From Lytechinus pictus (Eukaryota): a DNA stretch of 64,000 bases. Each line of letters begins with the position of its first letter. Position 1 is the stretch's first letter. Positions 1-13,880 of this stretch are shown here, one piece after another. The position numbers were made by a program, and so were the translations under genes. Below the pieces are notes generated by a model, which saw nothing but the letters and a program-made list of their open reading frames with translations, did no database searches and was not told where the DNA came from. The stretch is taken from positions 2,482,001 to 2,546,000 of the forward strand of contig NC_087246.1 in assembly GCF_037042905.1 (NCBI RefSeq). Direction: 5' to 3'.

Positions 1-55
1 TTTACGTGAGGGCGATTCCACAAAGTGTGCGAATCTGACCAGCTATATGCAGAAT

Positions 56-1625
56 CAGCGGCGTAACAGGGGTCGGTGGCCAGGGGGGGGGCAAGAGCCA
101 AAATTTTCCCGGTCATATCATGGAACAGGCAATGGCGTCTTAAGGCAAAAATTTTGAGGGGGCGATATGGCGTATCGGGCAAATATATATATATATATAA
201 GCGAGCGAGCGAGCAAAAATTTTTTGACATTTTTATTGCAAAAATCAAATTTTGTGATAGATTTTGACATAATGTTAAAAAGATGATATCATATTCACCC
301 TCCTCTCTTTCCTTTTTTCTCTGTTTTTTGTACGCCACGGTGAGCAGGATTTTTGTTATGATTGTGAGCATCAGGGCGAAGCTCTATATGCTCGAGGGGG
401 CTGAGTATGGCGCTTCTGGCAAGAAGTAGCTTAATTTAGGTCCCGAGCGAGCGAAGCGAGCGAGATAAAAAATCACTTTTTCATGAGAATCTAACATGAA
501 GATAGATTTTAACGTGATATTCAGAAAAATATAATACACTTTCCTTTCTTTCCTCATTTTTTTTTTTTGGTTGTAGAACTTTTGGGGGCCATGGTCCAAA
601 CTCATCCATATAACAGTGCTTTATGGGTGGGGTCCAAGGCAGAGCCCCGGAACCTCTTGATATCAAAGCCATTTTAAACCTTACAGATGGCCACTTATTT
701 TAATCAAATTGCGTGTATATTTATATAGATTTAACACAACACATAAATTCAATGCAGTTGTGTATCGTAATCATCCAAATATTGTGAGGGGCACACCATA
801 GCAAATGTGGGAAAAATTGTAAAAAGTCACCAGCGAGCGAAGCGAGCCAGAAAAAAAGGCCTGTTAAAATGAAATTATAATTATGTGATAGATTTTTACA
901 TCATTTTAGCAAATATCATATCATATATTTTTTTCATTCATCTCATTTCGCTGCCTCCTTTATTTTCTTTTATTTCCCCTTGGCTGTGGAACCACCCCCG
1001 GTACGCCAGTGCTTCAACGTAAAGCTTAATGCAGGAAGGGTCCATATAGGGGCCCGTTATAGAACCCATTAAAGGTTACAGATGAAGAGCCCCCACTGCA
1101 CGGGGTCTTGACTCTTATTTGGAGATTTAGCAAGTTTATGACAGACTTTCATACGACATTATGCTATATACCATCCATTTTTCTTCCCGCTCGTTATCTC
1201 AATCCTCGGCAGCCCGGTAGTGTACTTTATCTTGTCCCTGTTCTTTATTTTCCAATTTAGATTTTGGCTAATTCCATTTTGCCTTTATTTCCCGCTTTTG
1301 TTTGCCTTTTTGTCATCTTTAATTTATTTCCCTGTCTTACTAATCATGCTAATGTATTTGTATATCGGGGCGAACTGTTCTTTCTCACTTGTTGTTTTTT
1401 TCCTTCCTTTTCCCGTTATCTTTCCGTTTTCCCTTTTTTAAAATGTTTTTTCTTAGTTTTCTTTTCCCTTTTCCTTTCCCCTTTCCCTTTTTTTCTTTCC
1501 TTTCCCTTTCCCTTCCCCCTTTTTTTTTTTTCTTTTTCCCGTTTTTTTTTTCCCGGTGAGCTCCGCCAGGGGGGGGGGGGGGCAGCTTGCCCCCCTGCCC
1601 CCCCCCCCCGCCTGTTACGCCACTG
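56..1625. mobile_element. Non-autonomous hAT-like DNA transposon (probably composite)
   Basis: TIRs CAGCGGCGTAACAGG (56) / CCTGTTACGCCACTG (to 1625); exact 8-bp TSD TGCAGAAT at 48-55 and 1626-1633; no transposase ORF. Confidence 0.85.
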
Positions 1626-1825
1626 TGCAGAATCTGCCTGAAATGAAAAGTCTCTGAATTGTGCTTCATATGGAAAGGTCTAAATAAGATAACCGGGGAT
1701 CGTGAAGTTTCCCATGTGAAGCAATTGCAACTTATTACCCCAGAGGTTAATGAAAATTTCATGCAAGGCTTTGGATAATAATTTGAACCTTCTGGGAGCC
1801 CAAGGAAAATGATTATGATCCATAC

Positions 1826-1906
1826 CTCTAACATGCGCTCTTTGGATGGTTGGTATTGGTCATCTTCAGCAACGAGGAAGAGAGAAGGCACTGAGAGATT
1901 CTCAAT
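1826..1906 (-). CDS. ACOT/BAAT-family gene, coding exon 6 (IENLSVPSLFLVAEDDQYQPSKERMLE; catalytic Asp region)
   Basis: Acceptor ccttacag|ATT and donor GAG|gtatgg; phase 0/0; resembles ACOT IPIEKA..ILLIVGQDD. Confidence 0.88.
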
Positions 1907-2454
1907 CTGTAAGGATGACAATATAGATAGTACTAATATGTGTAAAAGGTAAACAAGAACAGGGCTGCCACTCTTGATTTTAGCAACCTTTACTCATGAA
2001 AACGCTCCCAATCAAAGTCATGATTTTATTGGAACTCATTAACCCTATGTAACGGGGGGTGGGGATGGGGTGGGAAAGGCCCTCCTCCTTTTTGTGATAA
2101 ATCTGTCACGCGAAAAAATCATACCACGATGTTTCATGACTATTGCAAATTTTAAATCTCTTGCAACTTTTAAGAGCACATTTTTCGAAACCCAGCTGCG
2201 TGCTTCCAAAGTTGCGCAAAATTTTGTATGTGTATGTCAGACCCAAAATTACTTAAAAACGTGACTTCGTGTACAAATCCAATGGAAAAAATGTAGCTAA
2301 AATTCATTAATGTATCAGTGTTACTCTTAATGATAAAAAGTTGAACACCTCTAGCAATCTCGCCAACATGCATTACGCAATGCAATTCTGACTTTAAAAC
2401 TTGTGAAAAATTATTCACAAACACACCATTCACATGATTATAAAATACTATGCT

Positions 2455-3170
2455 CATTGTCCCGTAATGACCTTGATCATGCAACCCGAAACTTATGCAA
2501 GATGGTCAATGATACTTGATTACTCGTATGTCTACATTTTAATGAACTAGATCAATAAACTTTCAAAGTTATGATGGCAATTCAACAAATACCCCAAACA
2601 TAGCCAATGTTCAATGACCCTAAATGACCTTTGACCTATGTCATGTGACCTGAAACTAGCATGGGATGTTCAGGGATACTTGCTCTTATGTCTAAGTTTC
2701 ATGTACTGTATCCATAATGTTTTAAAGTAATGATTCCACAAATACCCCAACATGGCCTAAGTCCGTTGACCCTAAATGACCTTTGACCTCGGTCATGTGA
2801 CCCAAAACTCAGGATGTTCAGTTACCCTTATGCCCAAAACTCATGAACTAGATCCATAAACTTTCAAAGTTATGACGATATTTCAAAAACTTAATCTTGG
2901 ATAATTTTTCGATATTGATTCCCCCTACATGGTCTCAGTTCATTGACCCTAAATGACCTTTGCCCTTTGTCATGTGACCTGAAATTTAGGCAGGATGTTT
3001 AGTAATACTTGATTACCTTTATGTTCAGGTTTCATGAACTAGGTCCATATACTTTCTAAGTTAACTTTCTAACTGAACCTTGGTTAAAATTTCAATGTTG
3101 ACGACGCCGCCGAGTCGCTGCAGTCAGAAAAGCGGCAACAACAGTCTCGCTCTGCTATGCATGCGAGACA
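2455..3170 (+). repeat. TGACCTT(T)GACC-rich interspersed repeat with internal tandem subunits and a 3' hairpin
   Basis: Repeated gaccctaaatgacctttgacc..tcatgtgacc units (~2617, ~2769, ~2946); terminal stem-loop gtctcgc...gcgagac near 3143-3169. Confidence 0.6.
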
Positions 3171-3194
3171 AACGGCAATTCATTGAAAGGATAA

Positions 3195-5979
3195 TAGTCC
3201 AGGATAGGCCCCATAGACAAGGGGTCGAACCTTGTTTTTTTAGATATACAATGTTTTTTTATGGTTTCTTGTCAATTCGAGGGTGCTGATTCCGAATCTG
3301 AATGATGCCACTCTTGTAACCTTGAGCATTTTCCGCAAATTGGCAAAATCCAATATGGCCGCCAAAATATGCAAATTACCCATGAAAATCATAAAATTGC
3401 CAACACATTAGCTATAAAATGCATGTAGTTGTTGTGCAGAAGTGAAATACCAATTGGAAAAGCGATATTTGACAAAATATTTATTTTATTGATACTCAAA
3501 ATGGCCGCCATAACCCCTGTATACTTTATTATGTAGAATATGAATGGGGAAAATATTTTTTCAAACAAGAGCACTATTATTGCATGTGATTGTGACCTGC
3601 GAGTGGACTACTGTCTGAAAACATGACTATTAACAAAACTATGTCATTTGTATACTATCTAATGTGATAAATGCTGTATTATGATATTCAAAATGGCTGT
3701 CATAGACCCCTTATACTGTGTACAATATATAAAAGGGGACAAATAATTTTCACAACCTTTGAATTTGTTTGACTTTAAAATGCCAATAACTGCGAAATAT
3801 TGGTGTAACACTGTCTGACAACAAGGATTTCTAACGAAACATATCATTTCCCTTGCAATTTCGATAATTATGCTGCATGTTGACATTCAAAATGGCTGCC
3901 ATAGGCCCTATCTGTATTATGAACAAAGCGAATGAAGAAACTAATTTTCACAAGAGTAAAAACAATAAAGTGAATGTAATTGTAATCTATACGAGTGAAA
4001 TATTGTCTAAACACATGATTTCTGGCGAAACATATCATTTCATTTTTCATGCATGAGATAAATGCTGTATTGTAAAATTCAAAATGGCCCCTATGGGCCC
4101 TTACAGTATTATCTACAATGTAAATGGGGACAAATACTTTTGAAAGAATTAGGATTTGCCTGACTATGAAATCCATATAATTCTGTTGTATAAGGAAAAT
4201 ATTGTTTGAAAACGTGATTTTTTTAAATGAAATATAACATTTCCTCTCCCATTGGTGATAAATACTGTATTTTGACTTTCAAAACGGCCGCACAAGCCCC
4301 TACAAATTCTGTAACATGCGTATAGGGAAACTAATCATCGCCATAATGAGAACCAAAAACGCACGTAACTATGTGATGTATAGGTAAAATTTGGTCTTGA
4401 ACATGATTTCTGACTAAATACATCACATAATGGTTGAGAAGGTAATAAAGGCCTTACTTTGAAATTCAAAATTGCTGCCATAGCCCAAAGTAGTATGTAC
4501 ATTGTAACTGGGGACAGATAATTGTGACAAAATTTTTACTATGAAAATGGCTTAATTTTGATGTAAGTGTTAAGTATTGTCTAAACCCAATGATTTCTAA
4601 CGAAATATATCATAGCTTGTGTCATAAAGGTGATGAATGCAGCCTTTTAAAAATGAAAAATGGCCGCCATAGTCCCTTATCTTAATATGTAAAATTTGAA
4701 TGGGGAAAGATAATTTCCAAAAAGAAACATATTGCAGCCATTTTGAAATTTAAATATAGCATTTATCACCTAAATAACATAAGAAATGATCTATTTGGTT
4801 ACAAAATCATATTTTCAGACGATATTTCACTCATACATGCAACACCATTTAGTCAAGCAAAGCCAAATTCTGTTAAAATTATATGTTCCCATTCACAAAG
4901 TACATAATAGGCCTACTGTTAGGGCCTGTAGCGGCCATTTTGACTTTCAAAATACATTATTTATCACCTACCTGGCAGAATGAATGATATATCTTGTTAG
5001 GAATTATGTTTTCAGACAATATTTTACTCTTAAATCACAATTATATGCATGTTATGGTGCTGACTCATGTGAAAATTGGTTTCCCAGATCGATTGTACAT
5101 AATACAGTCAATGTCTTTTGGCGGCCATTTTGAAAGTAAAAATACAATATTTAACACAAATATGAAACCCGAATAATATATTTCGTTGCAAATTATATTT
5201 GAAGACAGTATTCCACTAATTTACCACAAAAAATACGTTTTAGTGCTCACCTTGTGATTGTTTTTGTCCTCCCTCACATCGTAGATCATAATTTTAGGGC
5301 CTTTGGCGGTCATATTAAATATCAAAATACAGGGTTTATCACATACATGGCATGTTAAATAATAAATTTCGTTAACAAAAATGTTTTTAGTCAGTATTCC
5401 ACTCGTTTATCTCAACAAAATGCATTTTAGTGCTCACTCTTGTGATTTTTTTTGTGTCACCATTCACATTGTACATAATAGTGTTAGGGCTTTTGAAGGC
5501 CATTTTGAATATCAAAATACAGGATTTATCACATAACTGACATAACAAATGATATATATCGTTAGCAATCATGTTTACAGACATTGCTTCACTCATAGAT
5601 CATAATTACTTGCATTTCAGTGCTCAATTTTGTAAAAATTAATTTTCCCCATTCATATTGTACAGGGGTCTATGATGGCGGCCATTTTGATATCAAGAAA
5701 ATAAATATTTTGACAAAAATCATTTTTTCAGATATTATTCCACTCCGGCAGCACAATTGCATGTACTTTAAAGCCAATGTGTGGACAATTTTATGATTTT
5801 CATGGGTAATTTGAATATTTTGGCGGCCATATTGGATTTTGCCAATTTGCAGAAAATGCTCAAGCTTACACGAGTGGCATCATTCAGATTCGGAATCAGC
5901 ACCCTCGAATTGACAAGAAACCATCAAAAAACATTGTATATATAAAAAAACAAGGTTCGACCCCTTCTATCCTGGACTA
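3195..5979. mobile_element. Academ-like foldback element with long TIRs and internal ~190-bp tandem units
   Basis: TAA|TAGTCCAGGATAG ... CTATCCTGGACTA|TAA; >200 bp of near-identical inverted arms; TAG..CTA termini with 3-bp TSD. Confidence 0.8.
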
Positions 5980-6422
5980 TAAGATAGTGTCACCAACGAG
6001 TCCTTGTCGAAAAAAACTATGACAAAGTCAAGAAAAATATTTTAAAAAATTAAGAAAAAATTGCTGATTTTGCCAAGAATCCTGCGAAGTATCCAAATAA
6101 AAATTTAGCAGTTTTAGATAAATATTTAAAGATTTACAGCCGAATTCAATGACCTCATGCAAAGCATAATTTTTTTTTTAATATGAAAGATTTTGGTACA
6201 AAATATTACGTCATGGCTTACGGGCGTACCAATTTTTGTCGCGATCACTATGCAATCAATAACAGAGATCTGATGGGGGAGGCAATATTAACCCCCCTCC
6301 CCCGGCTACGCAATATAAAAATAGTCTGAGCTTTATAGGGTTAAAGTAACTAGTCCCTACACAATGAGCATAAATCTTTACATTTCACATTCTACACTTA
6401 AAATGTTGAATGAACAACTTAC

Positions 6423-6546
6423 TGGAGGACGGATATCTTTTATTTGGTCTGCAAGAAGAAGAACGTTTTTCATAGTTTCATAGTCCTTGCAGTAAAACCA
6501 TGTATACCCATCCTTTATGTACGTTCCTGTAAATAATTCAAGAGGC
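6423..6546 (-). CDS. ACOT/BAAT-family gene, coding exon 5 ((G)PLELFTGTYIKDGYTWFYCKDYETMKNVLLLADQIKDIRPP)
   Basis: Acceptor tttttatgcag|G and donor CCA|gtaagt; phase 2 in and phase 0 out exactly bridge exons 4 and 6 with an open frame. Confidence 0.8.
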
Positions 6547-9500
6547 CTGCATAAAAAAAATGGGCATGCTTAAAGGAGACATCCAAAGAATCAAAAGTAT
6601 TTTATAATGACTTTATGTGGTCATCATTGTAAAGGGGAAGTATTACTAATCAGATATATAACTTCACTTTTCAAAATAGTGATCAGAGATTGCAGAAATC
6701 AGCTCTCAAAAATGATTTATTTTCATGCCATATTTCTGCCTTCCACCGGTCCTCTTGCGAGCTCCAGCTGAGTGACGTCACACAATGAGCAGTGAGCAGC
6801 TGAGTTGACAGCAGCCCATTAGAGACGATCTTTCCAATCAGCGTTTTTTGCTCTTAGAATTGTTTATTCCTCTTAAGATTGGTCTTGTTATATAGATAAA
6901 AGTTTGAATTTACTGAACAGTGAAAAAAAGTGCACATTTAACGTATTTTGGTAACCGATATTTAGCTTAAATTTTTTTTTTTTTTTCAAGAAATATATGT
7001 GAATAAACAAAGCATATTTTCACGTAGAAATCACACTTGCGTCACATTAATGTTATAGTCAATATAAAGCATAGACATTCTTCTTTATGACTGAACAAAA
7101 ATTATGAAATTTCATTAAGTAGCAAAGTCAGGAAGCACAAAAAAAACACGGCAATATCCATCGCGAAATTACTGAAATTGCAGTTGAATTGCCGAAGCAT
7201 TATTAGGAAACAGCGGCGAGCGGACTTTCTTTCATATATCTTAAAAATGCCTTCCTGTTAGGGCGATGGTCTGTGGCCAAATGCGTTGGCCGTTGTTTTG
7301 TCATGTGCGAGGACCCTGGTTCGAAACTCGTTTTTTTTTTTTTCTGGGTATTTTTTTTTTATTCCTTCCCCGTCCCTACCCATCTTTTTTTTCTCTTTTT
7401 ATTTTCTTGTGAAATTCTATTCAGACCTGTATTTATCAAATCTTGCTTCTTAATTGCTGCTTTTGATTTTCAAGTTCTTGATTAGATTATTTCTACTCTT
7501 ATTTGGGATGGGAGGGGTAGAGTTAAAAGTCAAGTCCACATCAACTAAAAATTATTTGAATAGAGTGATTTCCCTTGTTGTTTTTACTCAAAACAGTCAT
7601 ATACACAAAACAATGATATGCAAATTAGAGTTGTCACTCACATCACATTCGTTTCTATTTTTTGTGGCATTTTGTTTTTTATTCTTTGCAGATTTGACGA
7701 TAGGAAACTCTTCATCTGATCACAATAGGTTATATTTACGGAACTGTTAAAATAGTAATTATATAAATTTGAATCAAAGTTTTTATGAAATTTCCTGCAA
7801 TATCTTGTTATTTTTCTTTAAATTCAAATGAATTTTTGATTGCGTGGACTTCTCCTTTACTCTTAATGTAGGGAATGCATAGCAAAATTTATCCAGAAAC
7901 AAAATTGTCTTAGAATATGCAAATCAGTAATTGGACACATATGTTCACTTTTCTTTCATCCAGGCCACTTCCTCACATCCACCAGGCTTTCAGTCTTATA
8001 ACAAAAATGATAAACCATCACACAACATTCACAGTGCTTCACAATAAATATTTCACTTCTGTTCATACATGCAATAAATATTGTGGAAAACAAATAAAAG
8101 GCGTACCCATATTCAAATACCGTTTAAAAGGACAAATATATTATACCTTTCGAGAAAAATCAGCACGTTAAATATCTGATAACAAAACATAATTATGGGG
8201 CACTGCAAGAAACTTATGTTCAATTGCAAATCAAGCGTAAGTCTTAAATTCAAATTCAAGCGTAATAAGGTCGAGTTGCAATCGCAATTCAACTACATGT
8301 TTAATCAAAGGACTTACCCTTGATTTGGGACGTGTGATTGAGTATAACATTTCTCGCAAAATGCCCTAGTAACATTAAAATTGTTCTTTCTTTTTAAATT
8401 GTGTGTTATTATTTTTGACAAGCTGTATTCCTGTCCAAGTCAAATTTCTTAGTTCTCTCCAAAACTGTGCTCAAAATTGTTTCCAAGATTGATAAAGAAT
8501 TTTTTTCTTTTGTATCATTATCAGTCCACAACTTGCAAACCGTAGGTCCTGGAAAGAGTGAAGAAAAAAATGGCTATATCCAAATCATAGTAAAAGGACA
8601 TGATGGAATCTCCCAGATTGAGGTAGCAAGCCGAGACCAGAAGTCACCAGAGTCAGCAATTGTGCAGATCTGTGTGTAGAAGAGAGAAAAAAAGAAATAG
8701 TTTAAATAATCAAATCAAAGTATGAATTTAATTATCGTGATGATTGATGACGTGCGGTGGCATGTAATTCCCGGTCAACAACAAATGATAGTAGGTTTAG
8801 ACACCTGAAAAGTTCCACTCAGAACACTGGTGCTCTACCTCAAGTGATGTTTGTGTAGGCCCCACTCCACTTCACTACCGCTACACTACCGCACATGTAC
8901 GCCACACCTACCCGGGTAGGTGTGTAGCGTAGTGTAGGCTGTAGCAGTACTCCAGTAGTGAAGTGGAGACTACACGAACATCACTTGACCCTTACAAAAA
9001 ATTCCTGCAGTACTTTAGTGGTACTCTGTTGTACCTGTGTGATACTTCTGTCATACACGACAGTACCGCAGAATTACCACAGGACTTTTGTGGTATCACT
9101 CTGTGATAGTTCTGTCATACTTCTGTGGTACATGAAAATATGAAAATTTCCTGCAATACCTTAATTGTTCTCTGTCGTACCTGTGTGATACTTCTGTTGT
9201 ACAAAACTGTATACAGAATTACCACAGGACTTTTGTGGTATCACTCTGTGATAGTTCTGTCATACTTCTGTGGTACATGAAAATATGAAAATTTCATGCA
9301 ATACCTTAATGGTACTCTGTCGTACCTGTGTGATACTTCTGTTGTACATAACTGTATACAATATCACTCTGTGATAGTTATGTCGTACTTCTGTTGTACA
9401 TGAAAATTCTAAAATATCCTGCAGTACTTCTATGACAACCCTGCGATACTTCTGTTGTATATGAACATTTTTTAAATTTCCTGCAGTACTCCTATTACTA

Positions 9501-9579
9501 CGCACTTCTATGGAAACCCTGTGATACTTCTGTGGTACATGAACATTTTGAAATTTCCTGCAGTACTCGATCCTATTAA

Positions 9580-10516
9580 GGACGTTCCACAGTTAAAGTA
9601 AAATCCATGTCATTTTCACCAAACTTTGCACATAGATACTTTAGAACCTTAATATTTGAAATATGCAAAAATTAACATAGGTCCATGTGCTTGATTTTCT
9701 GCTATAGAGCTTCAAAGTTCACCCAAATTGATGTTCTTAAGAATTGCGCATTCAAAAGAATCTGGCATTTTTAGACCTCCCAAGATTACTACAATGAGTT
9801 TAAACCTCTATTACTCAGTCAAAATACATGAAAAAGTCATCAAATTTCGCAAGAGAGTTAATAATTGTATCGTTATAATGGAGAATCTATTTATAGTGCT
9901 ATTTGTTTGCAATTTTAAGTTTAACAGCGCTGTCATTTCTTTAAAAAGGCGTAAACGATAACAAAATCCCAATCTAAAAAATGTAAAATTTCAGTAACAA
10001 ACTACAAACGTACAATAAATGCTGCATTTTATTCAAAATCCATGTCATTTTCACCAAAATTTGCAGAGTTGTAGAGAAAGGTATACCTAAGAGGTACAAA
10101 CATTAAAAAATAGGGGTTCATGTGCTTGTTTTTAAACTATCAGCATTTTTATTAGAGCAAATGTGCTTTTTAAAACACCAAAAATGCGCCGAATGCTTTG
10201 TATCTATGTGAAGAAAAAAATCAAAACCACTCTACCATGTATTCAAACTTGGGGGTAATATTCGTGATTCTTGGCAGCAATGCAGAGTAAAGTATTTTGA
10301 AATTGTAGAATTTTTTTTTGGAATGGTCCATGGAACAATTCCATTTTTTAGCTTCATGAAATGACGCATCGGATCTGCAGTTAAAGTGCAGAAGATGAGA
10401 AAAATTAGCTCATACCCATAGCTAATTAATCACCTGTTCATCCATTGTGACGTCAGCGCGCAGAGTGTAAACTATGCGCAGATCATAATGCGCACAAACA
10501 TAACTGTGGAACGTCC
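9580..10516. mobile_element. Kolobok-like MITE
   Basis: TTAA|GGACGTTCCACAGTTA ... TAACTGTGGAACGTCC|TTAA, perfect 16-bp TIR. Confidence 0.88.
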
Positions 10517-11471
10517 TTAAAGGCACTTCTATGTGATACTTCTGTGATACTTCTGTGGTAAATGAAAATTTTGAAATTTCCTGCAGGACTCAATTAGGCA
10601 CTTCTAAAATTCTATGGCAACCCCAGTGCTATACTTTCAAAATTTCCTGCGGTACTTTTCATGCAGCCACCCCAGAAATATGACTGAAACTGTATCACAG
10701 ACGTTATGGTGTATTTTCTGTGGTACATGAAAAATTTAGTTTCCTTCAGTACTTGCATGGAAGCCCTGTTTGTACCACAGACTAATTTTTTTTATTTCCA
10801 GTGAGGGATTTATCTTTTTTCTTCAGTTTCGGGAGCTAGAGGTCAGTGGGGTATTGAGTCTTATATTTTAAAAAGGCCATAAGGCTTAAAAGGGCACCAT
10901 TCATTTTAAAAAGTACAATTTTTATATGAAAATTTAATTTTGTGATAGCTAGATTGTGACATATAGGCCCTATTTGAAAATTATATTTCACCCTGTCCCA
11001 TTGTGTAGGTCTATATCAGCGAGGGGGGGGGTTATGCCTACTGAGACTCAGAGGTTTTAAGTTTGATAGCTTCTATTTCTACGAGAAAGGGTACTATACG
11101 TACTAGATCAAAACTAGGAGCAAAGCGCGAACTGAAAAATGCGAAAAATTATTGACCCCAAAATGGGCAACTTATATTTTGAGGACTCTTGTTCGTTTTC
11201 AGGGTTATTTCTTTTTCATGCGCTCTTTTAAATTTCAATTATCATTTGTTTTGTTTGTTCGCCACTTATTTTTCATAAAAAAACAGGATGAATAATAAAA
11301 AATAAAAGGGTACGTGTTGAAACATACAGGACACACCTAACACCCTTAGAGCTTAATGGTTGTGAGGAAGCCGGGTTGAATTTCAAAGAGATATTGTAAT
11401 GAATAAAAACATAAGCATGAACGTATTATTCTACTTCATCCATCTCTTTCTAACAATACAAGAAAATAATT

Positions 11472-11950
11472 GAAGGGGAGGTCAAGGCTAGAGATAATCA
11501 ATAAATAGAGTAAAATTCACAGAGCAAAATGCTTAAAATTTATTCAAAATCGGATGACAAATAACGAAGTTAAGTTGAATTTTAAGTATTTGCAATATTC
11601 CCATGAAACAGTTTTATTTAGGCATGTCTCATGAATATTAATTAGGTGGGCTGATGATGTCATATCCCATGTTCTTTTGTACATTATATGAAATTAGGTT
11701 TATTCAACATATTTCTACCAAGAACTTAAACAATTGGAATGACAACTGATTAACCGCATTAGTTATTTAATGCAGCAACTTCATTACAATGGAGACACAT
11801 TATTTACACATGTATTGAAAAAATTAGATAATCATAATTTCATATCTAACATTAAAAAAGGAAAATGGGAATGTCACATCATCAGCCCACCAAATGAATA
11901 TTCATGACGATGTGCACACTATCTGTTTTCACAAAATATTGATAAACAAT
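11472..11950. mobile_element. Truncated MITE, same family as the split element at 41917-47080
   Basis: Shared blocks agagtaaaattcacagagcaaaatgc and atgaatatt(a/c)attaggtgggctgatg; internal inverted catcagcccacc. Confidence 0.65.
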
Positions 11951-13609
11951 TAACATAAGAAAGTTCAGCGTTGAATGTTGATTAAAAAATAAATCTCAGT
12001 TAAAATGCTATCTAAGATTTTGTTTTACATGTTTGATAACCAAGTTTTAATGCGATACTAGCCCCTTGAAGTTTTTATTGCGAGAAAATACATTTTTCCA
12101 AGTTTCCCATCTATTTTTTTATTTATTTTTTTTTAGTAAAAAGGACCTATTTTCTTACAAATATATTTTACAAATAGAATTACTTCAATATTTGTTCTCC
12201 TATTCACAATATTTTTTCTATTTTACAGGTGGAATAGGATAAACTAAAAATAGGATATTTAATTTCCATTTTAAGGCCTATTTTTTTTTCTTTATATCAC
12301 CGGTTTATATCTTTGCAACCTTGCAATATGTTAGCCAGGCTGGTTTATATCTATTTCTTTTTAAATCAAATAAATTTGTATATTTTCAATCTATTTTTAT
12401 GATGCGAGGCTATATATAGTTTGTAAATATGTTTTTTAATTGCAAGAACAATCTTGTATCTCTGTTGACATATGATGGCAGTTTATTTTGCTTCTTTTTT
12501 CTAATTTGTATGAAGTTTGTATCTATATATTTTCAAACTATTTTCCATCCTTAAAGTGTCACGACCGATGTAATATTATTTTTTTTACCTCGTTGGCAAA
12601 GTTATTATCTTTTCTTATGTTTCGCTTTAAAATGGTATCTTTATATTTGCTTGTCTTGCTCCTCCACCCCTTATCAAAATACCCTGCCGGCACTTGATCT
12701 ATAAGATTATTTTCTTGTACTACTTGAACCTTATAAAGGGATCTTTCCTTCGATCGCAAGAAAGGATAAAATGTGTGTTTTTGAAAATAAATAAAATGAA
12801 AAATACATAGGATTGGAGCTGTGATTTTCCTCATTGCTTTCTTTGTCATCCTACTTGCATACTAGTAGGCCTATATAACATATTTTCAGTAAAAGCCCTG
12901 GTTTTAAATTGTGAGACATGTTTTTAAATCCTATCCTTATATTAAAAAAAAGAATAAAGAGAAAGAAAAAATTAAAAGACATAGAAAAGAAAAAGAAAGG
13001 AAGAAGAAATAAATATATGAATTTTACTTTATTCAATTACTTTACGTTAATAATATGATATAATATATATGATGGCGAAAATAGTCAAATTGTCTGGTTG
13101 CCAAGTAAAAAGTAAGACCCCCCCCCCTCCTCCCCGTACAAACGCACGGACTAATAATTTGCACGCGTACGCATACGGTATACGTGTTTCCGGTTCCGCC
13201 ATTTGAAAAAAAACGTTCGTAACTGCTCAGCTGAACCTGAAGCTTGATGAAGAAGGCCGTCAATATTTCAACAAAAACTAACAGAATATGGATCAGATTC
13301 GGACAACGACTTCTTAAGACATTCACACAACAGGCTAAACAGTAAGTTAGATCAATTTTTCGTAGTTTGGCGCGGCATGCACTTAAATTTCTTCGACTTT
13401 TTAATCATTACCGTACGGCCACTGCACTGCCGTTGTTCCCGATCGCTTAACGGGTACTGGGGGCTGATCTGCGGTGTGCGCGGCCGGGGACGGCCAACGG
13501 CTGGCTAGTATTGATGGCGGCGGTGAGGATGTTTGTATTGTCATCTTTATACCTTTATACCGCATCTACTGGAAAAATACAGTTGTTCCTGCAGTCAAGT
13601 TTCCAGGTC

Positions 13610-13840
13610 TATCTTGTTGTCTTCCTAGCTTGATTGTCTTCCTAGCTTGGATAAGTTCGAAAACTGAGTCTGTGCTATTTGTGCAATGTGCTGTGCCAAT
13701 TAATGTACTATTGAGTATTGGAATGAAATAGGCACTATTCCCATGCGTGAACATAATGCCACGCAGACCAGAACTTGTCTAACTTTGTCTTGAAGCCATT
13801 GATTGTTGATGCTGTGACTACCTCAGTAGGCAAAGAGTTC
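13610..13840 (-). mobile_element. 5'-truncated CR1-type LINE 3' end
   Basis: Minus strand translates NSLPTEVVTASTINGFKTKLDKFW, typical of a CR1 ORF2 C-terminus. Confidence 0.7.
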
Positions 13841-13880
13841 ATGATTGTCATGATTGTAGCCAGGTCAGGGGTGGCCTGGA

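Larger units (their letters stand above)
2043..6340. mobile_element. piggyBac-like non-autonomous element with nested inserts
   Basis: TTAA|CCCTAT (2039-2048) ... ATAGGG|TTAA (6335-6344); only short terminal similarity. Confidence 0.5.

Noticed and set aside
1..1660. Acceptor-like cttttcatttcag (minus strand, ~1638) just beside the hAT insertion, as a possible disrupted ACOT exon 7
   Set aside because: With the element removed, the phase-0 frame reads ADSAYSWSDSHTLWNRPHV, which has no resemblance to the expected YPGAGHLIEPPY region; the other frames stop
1220..1825. Phe-rich and Lys-rich ORFs, including the tail of the 178-aa ORF 1385-1921
   Set aside because: Derived from poly-T/poly-pyrimidine tracts in the hAT-like element; only 1906-1826 is a supported exon
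6423..6526. Alternative acceptor tttacag|GAACG at 6526 for exon 5
   Set aside because: It gives phase 1, incompatible with the phase-2 donor of exon 4; the acceptor at 6546 keeps the frame
7260..7330. Weak tRNA/SINE-like head with B-box-like GGTTCGAAACT
   Set aside because: Too degenerate; no cloverleaf or recognisable SINE body
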